A DNA stretch of 64,000 nucleotides from Alphaproteobacteria bacterium UBA2903 (lineage in GTDB: Bacteria; Pseudomonadota; Alphaproteobacteria; CAAGCB01; CAG-977). The notes under the pieces are model-generated. The model saw only the letters and a program-made list of their open reading frames with translations. It had not been told where the DNA came from and made no database searches. This document shows positions 17,014-25,820 of this stretch, piece by piece (the stretch's first letter is position 1; the number at the start of each line of letters is the position of its first letter). The stretch lies in the NCBI GenBank assembly GCA_002349565.1, contig DEDN01000027.1, positions 39,669-103,668 on the forward strand, written 5' to 3'. A program made the position numbers and the translations under genes.

Positions 17014-19386
17014 TCAGGCGTCTTTGATATCAACGGCGGTAAAGCCCGCATCGGCGACCGCTTTGATCAGCACGTTGTCGGCTACTGCTTTTTCAAGTGT
17101 TACAGACGCTTTTTTTCCCGCCAAATCGACCGAAACGTCTGCCACGCCGTCCACGGCTTTCAGCGATTTTTCGACAAACGCGGCACAATGCGCGCAATGC
17201 ATCCCGTCCACAAACACGATTTTATTCATTGTTGATTTTCCTTTTGTTAAGTTGAAACGTCGCAATCGAAGCGCGTTCAATACAACGCTGATTGAACTGC
17301 AGCTCATCGCCGCGGCGGCAATCATGGGGCTGAGCGTTATTCCGAAGCACGGATACAGCACGCCCGCCGCAACGGGAATGCCGACGACATTGTAGAAAAA
17401 CGCCCAAAACAGGTTTTCCTTGATGTTTTTCAGCACCGCCCGTCCCAATTCGACCGCAAACACGACCGAAAACAAGTCATTGTTCGTCAGCACGACGTCA
17501 GCGCAATCCAACGCGACATCCGTTCCCCGTCCCATTGCCATGCCGACATCCGCCCGCGCCAAAGCCGGCGCGTCGTTAATCCCGTCGCCCGCCATGACAA
17601 CGGTATGCCCGCCCTGTTGCAAAGCGAGAATCTCGGCATCCTTGTCCTGTGGCGACATTTCGGCGAAAACGGCTGAAATTCCGGCTTGCTTTGCAACTGC
17701 CCGCGCCGTTTTTTCATTATCGCCCGTCAGCATCACCACGGACACTTTCGCTTTTTCCAATCGCTCCACCGCCGCTTTCGCGTCCGCCTTGACCTTATCC
17801 GCAACGGCAATCGCGCCGATTGTTTTGCCGCCTTTGACAACGAATAAAGCTGTCTTGGCCTGCTCCTTCCATTGTTCCGCACCGGCGGCAAACGGATTGT
17901 CAATAGCGGCAGCGGCATTTCCGACGGCGCAAAGCTCCCCGTTGATTATACCCGTTATGCCCCGCCCGACGATTTGTTTGAAACCGGAAACCGCAGGCAA
18001 ATCAAGGTTGCCCGCCCGTTCAATGATTGCCCTGCCCAAAGGATGCTCGGACTGTGTTTCCAATGCCGCCGCAAGGCGCAAAACTTCGTCCTCATCGCCC
18101 AAGATGTCGGTTACAACGGGCTTTCCGACCGTAATCGTCCCCGTCTTGTCCAAAGCAATGACATCGGCGCGACCGACGGTTTCCAAAGCCTGCGCCGATT
18201 TGAACAAAACGCCCGCTTTCGCCCCGCGCCCCGTGCCGACCATGATTGCCGTCGGCGTCGCCAGCCCCAAAGCGCACGGACACGAAATCACCAAAACGGC
18301 AATCGCTTTTTCCAAAGCAAACGCCGTCCCCGCGCCGCAAAGCATCCAAACGGCAAAAGTCAAAACGGCTGCAGTTATGACAACAGGCACGAAAACGCCG
18401 CTGATTTTATCCGCCAGTCGAGCTATCGGAGCTTTGGAGCTTGTCGCTTCGTCAACCAATCGGATAATCTGCGCCAAAGCCGTGTCCATGCCGATTTTTT
18501 CCGCGCGCAGAACAATCCGTCCCGACACCGCGAAAGTTGCCGTCTTGACCGTGTCGCCGACCGTTTTTTGAACAGGCAAACTTTCCCCCGTCAAAGCGGA
18601 TTCGTCAACGGATGCCGCGCCTTCAACGACAACGCCGTCCGCCGCAACGCGTTCCCCCGTTTTGACAACGATTAAATCGCCGACCGCCAAATCGACGATT
18701 GCGACGGTTTGTTCCGTTCCGTTTTTCAACACGACTGCCGTTTGCGGCGCCAAAGACGCCAATTCCGCGATTGCCTGCGCCGTTTTTGCTTTTGCCCCCG
18801 CTTCCAAATACCGCCCGAACAGCACCAAAGTCAAAATCATTGCGGCGGATTCAAAGTAAAGCGCCGTTTGCTTTTGATACAATCCCGCAACACTGTACGT
18901 CACCGCCGCGCCCGCCCCCAAAGCAATCAAAGAATCCATTGTCGGCGCGCCCGCAAACAGCGTTTTGAATCCTTTTTTGAAAAAATCCGCATTCGCGAAC
19001 AAAACGACCAATGTCAATAAAAACTGAGTCAAGCCGAATGATTCGACGCTCATCTCGGGAACGGGCAAGCCAATCATGCCGCCCATGGTCAGCGTCATCA
19101 AAAACAAAGTCGCGCAAACGGAAACAATCAGGCGTCCTTCAAGATTTTCACTTCTTTGTTCGGCAGGCTGTTTTTCACCCAAAACGCGCGCGCCGTACCC
19201 CGCCCGTTCAACGGCGGAAACAATGACGGCGGGCGATACCGTTTTTTCGTCGTACTCCACCCGCATGGTGTTTTTCAGCAGATTGACCGCAACGCTTTGA
19301 ACGCCCCGCACGGCGGACACCGCTTTGTCCACGCGGGCGGCACACGCCGCGCAACTCATCCCCGTAATGTTGAATACGCTTTTCAT
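17014..19386 (-). CDS. copA: Copper-translocating P1B-type ATPase with an extra C-terminal HMA (CopZ-like) domain
   Basis: N-terminal HMA (GMSCAACAARV), plus the CPC, DKTGT and GDGINDAP motifs. A second GMHCAHCAAFV HMA domain follows the usual LNALRLRRF end without an intervening stop codon. Confidence 0.9.
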   Translation of the reverse strand: MKSVFNITGMSCAACAARVDKAVSAVRGVQSVAVNLLKNTMRVEYDEKTVSPAVIVSAVERAGYGARVLGEKQPAEQRSENLEGRLIVSVCATLFLMTLTMGGMIGLPVPEMSVESFGLTQFLLTLVVLFANADFFKKGFKTLFAGAPTMDSLIALGAGAAVTYSVAGLYQKQTALYFESAAMILTLVLFGRYLEAGAKAKTAQAIAELASLAPQTAVVLKNGTEQTVAIVDLAVGDLIVVKTGERVAADGVVVEGAASVDESALTGESLPVQKTVGDTVKTATFAVSGRIVLRAEKIGMDTALAQIIRLVDEATSSKAPIARLADKISGVFVPVVITAAVLTFAVWMLCGAGTAFALEKAIAVLVISCPCALGLATPTAIMVGTGRGAKAGVLFKSAQALETVGRADVIALDKTGTITVGKPVVTDILGDEDEVLRLAAALETQSEHPLGRAIIERAGNLDLPAVSGFKQIVGRGITGIINGELCAVGNAAAAIDNPFAAGAEQWKEQAKTALFVVKGGKTIGAIAVADKVKADAKAAVERLEKAKVSVVMLTGDNEKTARAVAKQAGISAVFAEMSPQDKDAEILALQQGGHTVVMAGDGINDAPALARADVGMAMGRGTDVALDCADVVLTNNDLFSVVFAVELGRAVLKNIKENLFWAFFYNVVGIPVAAGVLYPCFGITLSPMIAAAAMSCSSISVVLNALRLRRFNLTKGKSTMNKIVFVDGMHCAHCAAFVEKSLKAVDGVADVSVDLAGKKASVTLEKAVADNVLIKAVADAGFTAVDIKDA

Positions 19387-19409
19387 TTGCTTTCCTTTTT
19401 CATAGAAAT

Positions 19410-19442
19410 AACCCCTCCTTGTCGAAAAAACAAGGAGGGGAC
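19410..19442 (-). terminator. Terminator hairpin downstream of trpS, upstream of copA
   Basis: cccctccttg-tcgaaaaaa-caaggagggg 10-bp stem. The minus strand continues with a weak U-run. Confidence 0.45.
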
Positions 19443-19552
19443 TGAACAGTCGTTTGCAAACGGGTTGCTCCCACTTCCGCTTCGTCGGCAGTTCATCGGG
19501 CGTGAAAACATCCCGATTGGATTTTTCGGGTTGCCTCGCCGGCTGAAAACGC

Positions 19553-20614
19553 TTACTTCGTCAGCGCGTTTTTGCCGAAATAGTCAATGCCCATTGCGGC
19601 TTTGACTTCGGACAAAGTATCGGCGGCAACCGCGCGCGCCTTTTCACTGCCCGCTTTCAGCATGTCGAACACCGCGCCGATGTCGCCCGCAAAAGCTTCG
19701 CGGCGTTCGCGAATGGGCTTCAGTTCGTTTTGCAGAATTTCGTTTAAGAACTTTTTGACCGTTCCGTCGCCCAAGCCGCCGCGGCGGTAGTGGTCTTTCA
19801 GTTCGTCCAAATTCTTGTACGCGGGCAGGAACGCCGCAAAGTGTTCGTCCGTCGAAAACGCGTCCAAATAGGTAAATACGGGGTTGTTTTCGGTATGTCC
19901 GGGGTCTTCGACGCGCAAATGCGTCGGATCGGTGAACATGCTTTGGACTTTCTGTTTGATTTCTTTGGACGAATCGGACAGGTAAATGCAGTTGCCCAGC
20001 GATTTGCTCATTTTCGCCGCGCCGTCCAGCCCCGGCAAGCGCGAACACAGGCTGTTGTCGGGCAAAACCGCTTCGGGTTCGACCAAAACGGGGCTGTAAA
20101 TCGTGTTGAAAGAACGCACGATTTCGCGCGTCTGTTCAATCATCGGCAGCTGGTCTTCGCCAACGGGGACAAGGTTCGCTTTGAACGCCGTGATGTCGGA
20201 CGCCTGCGAAATCGGATAAGTGAAAAATCCGACAGGAATGCTCTGCTTGAAGCCGCGCATTTGAATTTCGCTTTTCACGGTCGGGTTGCGCTGCACGCGC
20301 GACACGGTGACCAAGTTCATGTAATAGAACGTCAGTTCCGTCAATTCGGGAATTTGAGACTGAATGAAAATCGTCGATTTGGCGGGATCAAGCCCGCACG
20401 CCAAATAGTCCAACGCGACGTTCGATATGTTGTTTCTGACTTTGGTGATGTCGTCGGCGTTGTCGGTCAAAGCCTGCGCATCGGCAATCATAATGAAAAT
20501 CGTGCGGTACAAGCCGCTGTTCTGCATTTCCACGCGGCGTTTCAGCGATCCGACGTAATGCCCCAAGTGCAATTTGCCCGTCGGTCTGTCACCCGTTAAA
20601 ATAATATCACCCAT
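19553..20614 (-). CDS. trpS: Tryptophanyl-tRNA synthetase
   Basis: HIGH-type motif TGKLHLGHY and KMSKS. The start is at MGDIILTG, with an RBS aaaggag 9 nt upstream. Confidence 0.9.
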   Translation of the reverse strand: MGDIILTGDRPTGKLHLGHYVGSLKRRVEMQNSGLYRTIFIMIADAQALTDNADDITKVRNNISNVALDYLACGLDPAKSTIFIQSQIPELTELTFYYMNLVTVSRVQRNPTVKSEIQMRGFKQSIPVGFFTYPISQASDITAFKANLVPVGEDQLPMIEQTREIVRSFNTIYSPVLVEPEAVLPDNSLCSRLPGLDGAAKMSKSLGNCIYLSDSSKEIKQKVQSMFTDPTHLRVEDPGHTENNPVFTYLDAFSTDEHFAAFLPAYKNLDELKDHYRRGGLGDGTVKKFLNEILQNELKPIRERREAFAGDIGAVFDMLKAGSEKARAVAADTLSEVKAAMGIDYFGKNALTK

Positions 20615-20785
20615 CGTCAAAAACTCCTTTGTTTGCTTTGCCCGTAAAATATCCCCGAACACGGCTGAAAGTCAACCGTCTTCATCACATTTAAGTCAGG
20701 AGGATATAAGGGCAAACAGGAAAATCGAAGCACACAGCACAAAACACAAACCGCCGCTTTCGTTTTTTTGGTTTAGCGTTACGGC

Positions 20786-21619
20786 TTACTTGTAATAAGC
20801 ATAATCATACGCCGCAACGGTTTCGTATTTATCGGCAATGATTTTTTGTTTAATCCGTTCTGCAGAAACATTGTGGCGGGCTTGAACTTCGTCAATGCTC
20901 AAAATCCGTTTCCACGCTTTCCATCCCGTGATTTGGGCGCACAGATCCAAAGCCTCACGGAACGAAAGACTGCTCAACCGCATCAAATCACGCGTTTTGT
21001 TTTTCATCAAAGCAATATAAATTCCGCGTGCCGTCGGCTGAACGGTTTTCAACGCTTCATAAACGCAAAAAATCCAAGAAAGCGGAACATTCCGCCGTCT
21101 GATGTTTAAATCGGGAAACAGGCGCTGCAGTTTATCCGTATACAAAAAGCCGTCGCTGCAAATCAGCTGTCCGTCCGCAAATAAAGCATAGTCCGACCAA
21201 TCGGGTGACAGCATTTCGTCTTCGGCATCGGGATTGACAACAGACAGACACCTGTTTCCTTTTATCAAGCCCGCGATAAACGCCTCTCTTGTTTTATCGG
21301 GTTCTACAACGCTTTTTTTCCCGTCCGCCCGATACCATGAAAATTCCTGCGCTTGTTTGTAAATCTCCTCCAAACACTGTCCTGAAACATATTCGGGTTT
21401 ACCGTGAGGATACGGGCTTGTTTTCAATATTTTTTCAGCCCTGTAAAATGCCCCGCCGTCCACATCCAAAAAACGGCTTTGACGCACAAAATAACGCCCG
21501 TCGGAAAACAAAGCCATATCCTTGCGGCAAGCGAACGGATATTCGTCCGTCGCCGTCAAGCACACATTGTCTTCGCTTAACAGTAATTGCGCAAAGTCTT
21601 TTGCCGAATCATCAGCCAT
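20786..21619 (-). CDS. Hypothetical protein (~277 aa)
   Basis: A long ORF on the same strand as its neighbours. An ATG at MADDSAKDF has an upstream gaaagg. I recognise no domain. Confidence 0.5.
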   Translation of the reverse strand: MADDSAKDFAQLLLSEDNVCLTATDEYPFACRKDMALFSDGRYFVRQSRFLDVDGGAFYRAEKILKTSPYPHGKPEYVSGQCLEEIYKQAQEFSWYRADGKKSVVEPDKTREAFIAGLIKGNRCLSVVNPDAEDEMLSPDWSDYALFADGQLICSDGFLYTDKLQRLFPDLNIRRRNVPLSWIFCVYEALKTVQPTARGIYIALMKNKTRDLMRLSSLSFREALDLCAQITGWKAWKRILSIDEVQARHNVSAERIKQKIIADKYETVAAYDYAYYK

Positions 21620-21692
21620 TTTTTGCCCTTTCCAACCCAAAAGCGGCTTTACTCTGTGAGCAAAGCCGCTTTATTTGTTTTTCAAATGCCGT

Positions 21693-22268
21693 TTAGCGTG
21701 AACGATTGTTGAGAATCGCCGCCTGAACGGCTTTGCTGACGTCCTGTTTCTTTTCGGCAACGGGTTCGCGATGAACCATACCGCCGCTCGGATTACCGAA
21801 AGCCGCGTACAATTCGCCCGCTTCTTTCCAGAACGATTTTTTGGGTTCTTCTTTCTTCGCTTCGGCTTTGGCGGGTTCAGCCGCTTTTTCGGCAACGGGT
21901 TCGCGATGAACCATACCGCCGCTCGGATTACCGAAAGCCGCGTACAATTCGCCCGCTTCTTTCCAGAGCGATTTTTTGGGTTCTTCCTTTTTCGCTTCGG
22001 CTTTGGCGGGTTCAGCCGCTTTTTCGGCGACGGATTCGCGATGGATCATGCCGCCGCTCGGATTGCCGTACGACGCATACAATTCGCTGACCTGTTCCTT
22101 GTAGGATTTTTTGGATTCAACTTTTTCTTTTTTGGGTTCAGCCTTGGCTTCGGGGGCTTTTTCGGCTTTGTCCGCAGGCATATCGCTGTGAACCATGCCG
22201 CCGCTCGGATTACCGAAACGAGCGTACAAATCGGCGACTTTGCTCCAGAACGATTTTTTTTCTTCCAT
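21693..22268 (-). CDS. Hypothetical tandem-repeat protein (4 x 45-aa repeats, FGNPSGGMVHREP motif)
   Basis: A strong RBS aggag precedes the ATG. At the DNA level there are perfect 135-bp tandem repeats (21756-21890 and 21891-22025) plus diverged copies. Confidence 0.65.
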   Translation of the reverse strand: MEEKKSFWSKVADLYARFGNPSGGMVHSDMPADKAEKAPEAKAEPKKEKVESKKSYKEQVSELYASYGNPSGGMIHRESVAEKAAEPAKAEAKKEEPKKSLWKEAGELYAAFGNPSGGMVHREPVAEKAAEPAKAEAKKEEPKKSFWKEAGELYAAFGNPSGGMVHREPVAEKKQDVSKAVQAAILNNRSR

Positions 22269-22365
22269 AACGCTTCTCCTAGCAGAAAATCTGTTTAATT
22301 TTCTTTATCCTTGCACGTTTTTTCCTTTTTGTCAATTTTTTCTTCTAAAAAAGACAAAAAAGTTT

Positions 22366-22728
22366 TTACATTTTGACGGCGACTTCGTAAGCGCGTTCAA
22401 TCATATCCATCACATCGTCCTCGGTCGTTCCGGCGTCTTCCGATTTGGCATAAGCGGTCAAAGCTTTGTCCAGCATGTCGATGCTTTTCAAAACATTGGT
22501 TTCAATGACCAGAATTTTGGAAACGCCCGACAAATCTTTCATCACGTCCTCGTCAATTTGCGTCAGCAGAATATCGCCCTTCGGGGAACGCTGGAAATGC
22601 AGAGTCGCCGCATCTTTTTTCGTCAAAAGAGGCTTTTCCGGCTCGCCCTCGAACGCAGGCAGAAACACGGAAATCATACCCGCTTCGTTTTTCACAAATT
22701 GAGGGGACGGCAATTCGTTAATATCCAT
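22366..22728 (-). CDS. Hypothetical acidic protein (~120 aa)
   Basis: RBS gaaggag 9 nt upstream of the ATG (MDINELPSP...). No domain recognised. Confidence 0.5.
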   Translation of the reverse strand: MDINELPSPQFVKNEAGMISVFLPAFEGEPEKPLLTKKDAATLHFQRSPKGDILLTQIDEDVMKDLSGVSKILVIETNVLKSIDMLDKALTAYAKSEDAGTTEDDVMDMIERAYEVAVKM

Positions 22729-22763
22729 TTTCAAACTCCTTCGGTTGAATTTTTAACAAAGTA

Positions 22764-22798
22764 TACAAAAAAGCCCTTGTCGAAACAAGGGCTTTTCG
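22764..22798 (-). terminator. Bidirectional terminator after secF
   Basis: aagcccttgt-cgaa-acaagggctt stem flanked by an A6 run and a T4 run. Confidence 0.6.
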
Positions 22799-22810
22799 TT
22801 CTTGAAATCT

Positions 22811-23746
22811 TTAACCCGCATGTTCAAACGGATTGACGTTTTCGTTGTGGCTTTCCATCGTTTTACGGATGTCCAAATACATCAGCACGGGCATCGCAAC
22901 GTAAATCGACGAATATGTACCGACGATAATGCCCCACAACATAATCAAAGCGAATCCCTGCAACACCGAACCGCCCATGAACAGCATCACAACCAGCATG
23001 ATAATGGTGGACATCCCCGTCAACAAAGTACGCGGCAACATTGTATTGGTTGTTTTGTTAATCATTTCGTCAATCGGCATTTTACGGTATTTGCGCAGGT
23101 TTTCGCGCATGCGGTCATAGGACACAATCGTGTCGTTGACGGAAAAGCCCGCCAGCGTCATCAGCCCTGCGATAATCGTCATGTCGAAATCCAACTGGAA
23201 CACGGAAAACAGTCCGACGGCGATGATAATGTCGTGAACCAGCGACAGCATCGTCCCCAACGCGAATTCCCATTCAAAGCGCGTCCAAACATAAGCGGTA
23301 ATCATCAATCCCGCCAGAATGACCGCCCAAATACAGTTGCGGATAAGTTCCGCCCCCACGCGGGGACCGACCATTTCGACGCGGCGGACGGTGTATTCGT
23401 CGCCCAGCCTGTCGCGAATGACGGTCGAGATTTTCATCTGTTCCTTTTCGTTGTCTCCGCGTCCCAAAGCGGTAATCAAAGCTTCCGTTCCCTGCTCGCC
23501 GACGGGCTGCAGGTCGACGCCCAAGTCGTCCAACTTTGCGCGAAGGTCTTTCATGTCGATTTTCTGCTCGGCTTGCACTTCCATCAGCACGCCGCCTTTA
23601 AAGTCGATACCCAAATTCATGCCTTTGGTGCAAATCGACACAATCGAAACGGCAATCATCAGCAGCGAAAACACAAAAGCGATTTTGCGCGCGCCGATAA
23701 AGTTAATGTGCGTCGGTTTAATGAAATAATGAATCAGTCTGGGCAT
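22811..23746 (-). CDS. secF: Protein translocase subunit SecF
   Basis: A 311-aa protein (MPRLIHYFIKPTHINFIGARKIAFVFS...) with the SecF 6-TM architecture. Confidence 0.95.
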   Translation of the reverse strand: MPRLIHYFIKPTHINFIGARKIAFVFSLLMIAVSIVSICTKGMNLGIDFKGGVLMEVQAEQKIDMKDLRAKLDDLGVDLQPVGEQGTEALITALGRGDNEKEQMKISTVIRDRLGDEYTVRRVEMVGPRVGAELIRNCIWAVILAGLMITAYVWTRFEWEFALGTMLSLVHDIIIAVGLFSVFQLDFDMTIIAGLMTLAGFSVNDTIVSYDRMRENLRKYRKMPIDEMINKTTNTMLPRTLLTGMSTIIMLVVMLFMGGSVLQGFALIMLWGIIVGTYSSIYVAMPVLMYLDIRKTMESHNENVNPFEHAG

Positions 23747-23758
23747 TTCACATTCTCC

Positions 23759-25318
23759 TTACACATTGATTCTTTGCGGTTTGGTGAGCTTTGCCCACGC
23801 CAAAATCAGCACTTTTGTTACATAAACGGCAGTAAACACGGACGTCACCAAACCCAAGCAGGTTGTCACGCCGAAACCGCGGACGGGACCGTTGCCCAGC
23901 CAAATCAAAATCAATCCGGCAAACAAACTGGTCAAGTTCGAATCGAAAATCGCGGACGAAGCGTTTTCAAATCCCGCTTCAATCGTGTTCAAAACGGATT
24001 TGCCGTAGGCTTGTTCTTCGCGCATGCGTTCGTAAATCAAAACGTTCGCGTCGACCGCCATGCCCAAAGTCAAAGCTATACCCGCAATCCCCGGCAAAGT
24101 CAGCGTCGCGCCCAGCGCGCTCATCGCGCCGCACAGCAACAACAGGTTCAGCACCAAGGCAATATCGGCGAACAACCCGAACAAGCCGTAAGTCGCCACC
24201 ACGAACAACAGCACCAGCACCATGCCGACCACGCAGGATTTTTTGCCCGCGTCAATCGAATCCGTTCCCAATCCGGGACCGACGATGCGTTCTTCAACAA
24301 CTTCCAGCGGCGCGGGCAAAGCCCCCGAACGCAGCATCAGCGCCAAATCGTTCGCGCTCTGAACCGTAAAGCTGCCCGTAATAATGCCCGAACCGCCCGT
24401 AATCGCGGATTTGACTTCGGGCGCGGTAATCACTTTACCGTCCAAAACAATCGCCAAACGGCGTCCGACATTGTCGCGCGTCGCCGTACCGAAACGTTTT
24501 GCGCCGAACGAATTGAAACGGAAAGCGACAACGGCTTCCGCCCCTTGGAAATCGGCGCGCGCGTCGGTCAGGTGTTCACCTCCGACAATGGATTTGCGTT
24601 CAATGACGTAAAAAGCGGCGGCGGCGTCCTCGTCCCCCGGAACGACTTTGGAATCGGGAGCGATTTTGCCGCGGCGGGCGTCTTCCACACTTGTTTTTTC
24701 ATCAACAAAGTGGAACGACATTTTCGCCGTTTTGCCCAACAGCTTTTTGACTTCGTTCGGATCTTCCAGGCCGGGCAGCTGCACTTGGATGCGGTCGGAA
24801 CCCTGCCGCATAATCGACGGTTCGCGCGTTCCCAGCTGGTCGATACGGCGGCGGACGATTTCGATGGACTGATCGACCGCGGACGTTTTCATTTTCAACA
24901 AAGCCTGTTCCGTAAAGCGGACGGACAGCACGTCGCCGTTTTCCGCAACGTCCAGATTGCCTTTGTCGATTTTGCGAATCAATTCTTTGGCTTTGGCGAT
25001 TTGTTCGTCATTGACGATTTTGACCGTCAGCGCATCATCTTTGACCGACAGATTCGTATAGCGCACATTCTTTTCGCGCAAAGCGATTCGGGCGGCATCC
25101 ATGACCGCGCCCAGCTGATCCTTGACCACCTGATCCAAGTCGACCTGCAACAACAGCTGAGAACCGCCCTGCAAGTCCAAACCCAACGTCATCGGCTGCC
25201 ACCATTCGGGCAGTTTTTCCTGCTGCGCCTTAGGAATAAAGTTGGGGACGGCGAAAAACACGCCGACCGCCGTGATTATTCCGATTAAGGCGACTTTCCA
25301 TTTCGGATAGTTAAACAT
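23759..25318 (-). CDS. secD: Protein translocase subunit SecD
   Basis: A 519-aa protein (MFNYPKWKVALIGIITAVGVFFAVPNF...). Confidence 0.95.
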   Translation of the reverse strand: MFNYPKWKVALIGIITAVGVFFAVPNFIPKAQQEKLPEWWQPMTLGLDLQGGSQLLLQVDLDQVVKDQLGAVMDAARIALREKNVRYTNLSVKDDALTVKIVNDEQIAKAKELIRKIDKGNLDVAENGDVLSVRFTEQALLKMKTSAVDQSIEIVRRRIDQLGTREPSIMRQGSDRIQVQLPGLEDPNEVKKLLGKTAKMSFHFVDEKTSVEDARRGKIAPDSKVVPGDEDAAAAFYVIERKSIVGGEHLTDARADFQGAEAVVAFRFNSFGAKRFGTATRDNVGRRLAIVLDGKVITAPEVKSAITGGSGIITGSFTVQSANDLALMLRSGALPAPLEVVEERIVGPGLGTDSIDAGKKSCVVGMVLVLLFVVATYGLFGLFADIALVLNLLLLCGAMSALGATLTLPGIAGIALTLGMAVDANVLIYERMREEQAYGKSVLNTIEAGFENASSAIFDSNLTSLFAGLILIWLGNGPVRGFGVTTCLGLVTSVFTAVYVTKVLILAWAKLTKPQRINV

Positions 25319-25330
25319 AAGTCTTCCCTT

Positions 25331-25747
25331 TTATTTCTTCGTCAAAAGGTCTTTCAAGCCTTCGCCGCCTTTTTTGGCGTTGTCGTTGGCCTGCTCGTCG
25401 TTCAGCAAGCTTTTGTCGACGTTTTCTTCACGTTTTGCCAAAATGCGGTCGCGCACCACGACGACGCGCACGCCGTCCGCGATTTCAACCAGCAAATCGT
25501 TGGGATTCGACCGAATGACTTTGCCGATGATGCCGCCGTTCGTGATAATCACGTCACCGCGCGCAACGCTGGACTGCATGGTCATGTGTTCTTTCATCTT
25601 TTTCTGCTGAGGACGAATCAAAAAGAAATAAAACACAACAAAAATAACCAGAAACTGGAACAAAATCCGCAAAGGATTGGCGGCGGCCATAGCCGGATCG
25701 GCGGCAACGGCGGCGGCTTCCTGCGCAAAAGCGGGACTGATAAACAT
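25331..25747 (-). CDS. yajC: Preprotein translocase subunit YajC
   Basis: Single TM segment followed by the RGDVIITNGGIIGKV YajC signature. It lies immediately upstream of secD. Confidence 0.85.
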   Translation of the reverse strand: MFISPAFAQEAAAVAADPAMAAANPLRILFQFLVIFVVFYFFLIRPQQKKMKEHMTMQSSVARGDVIITNGGIIGKVIRSNPNDLLVEIADGVRVVVVRDRILAKREENVDKSLLNDEQANDNAKKGGEGLKDLLTKK

Positions 25748-25820
25748 ACAAAAACTCCGTTTGTTAAAGAATATTTAACCGAAGTATAAAGCGATTTGCA
25801 GGGATTGCAATATAAAAGAA

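Noticed and set aside
21771-22298. 175-aa plus-strand ORF with repeated GFG/FFG motifs
   Set aside because: It is a mirror image of the repeat-protein gene on the minus strand. The minus-strand gene has a strong RBS and a proper start, and this one does not.
22802-25288. 828-aa plus-strand ORF
   Set aside because: It is antisense to secF and secD, which are clear. Its His/Gln/Arg-rich translation has no domain structure.
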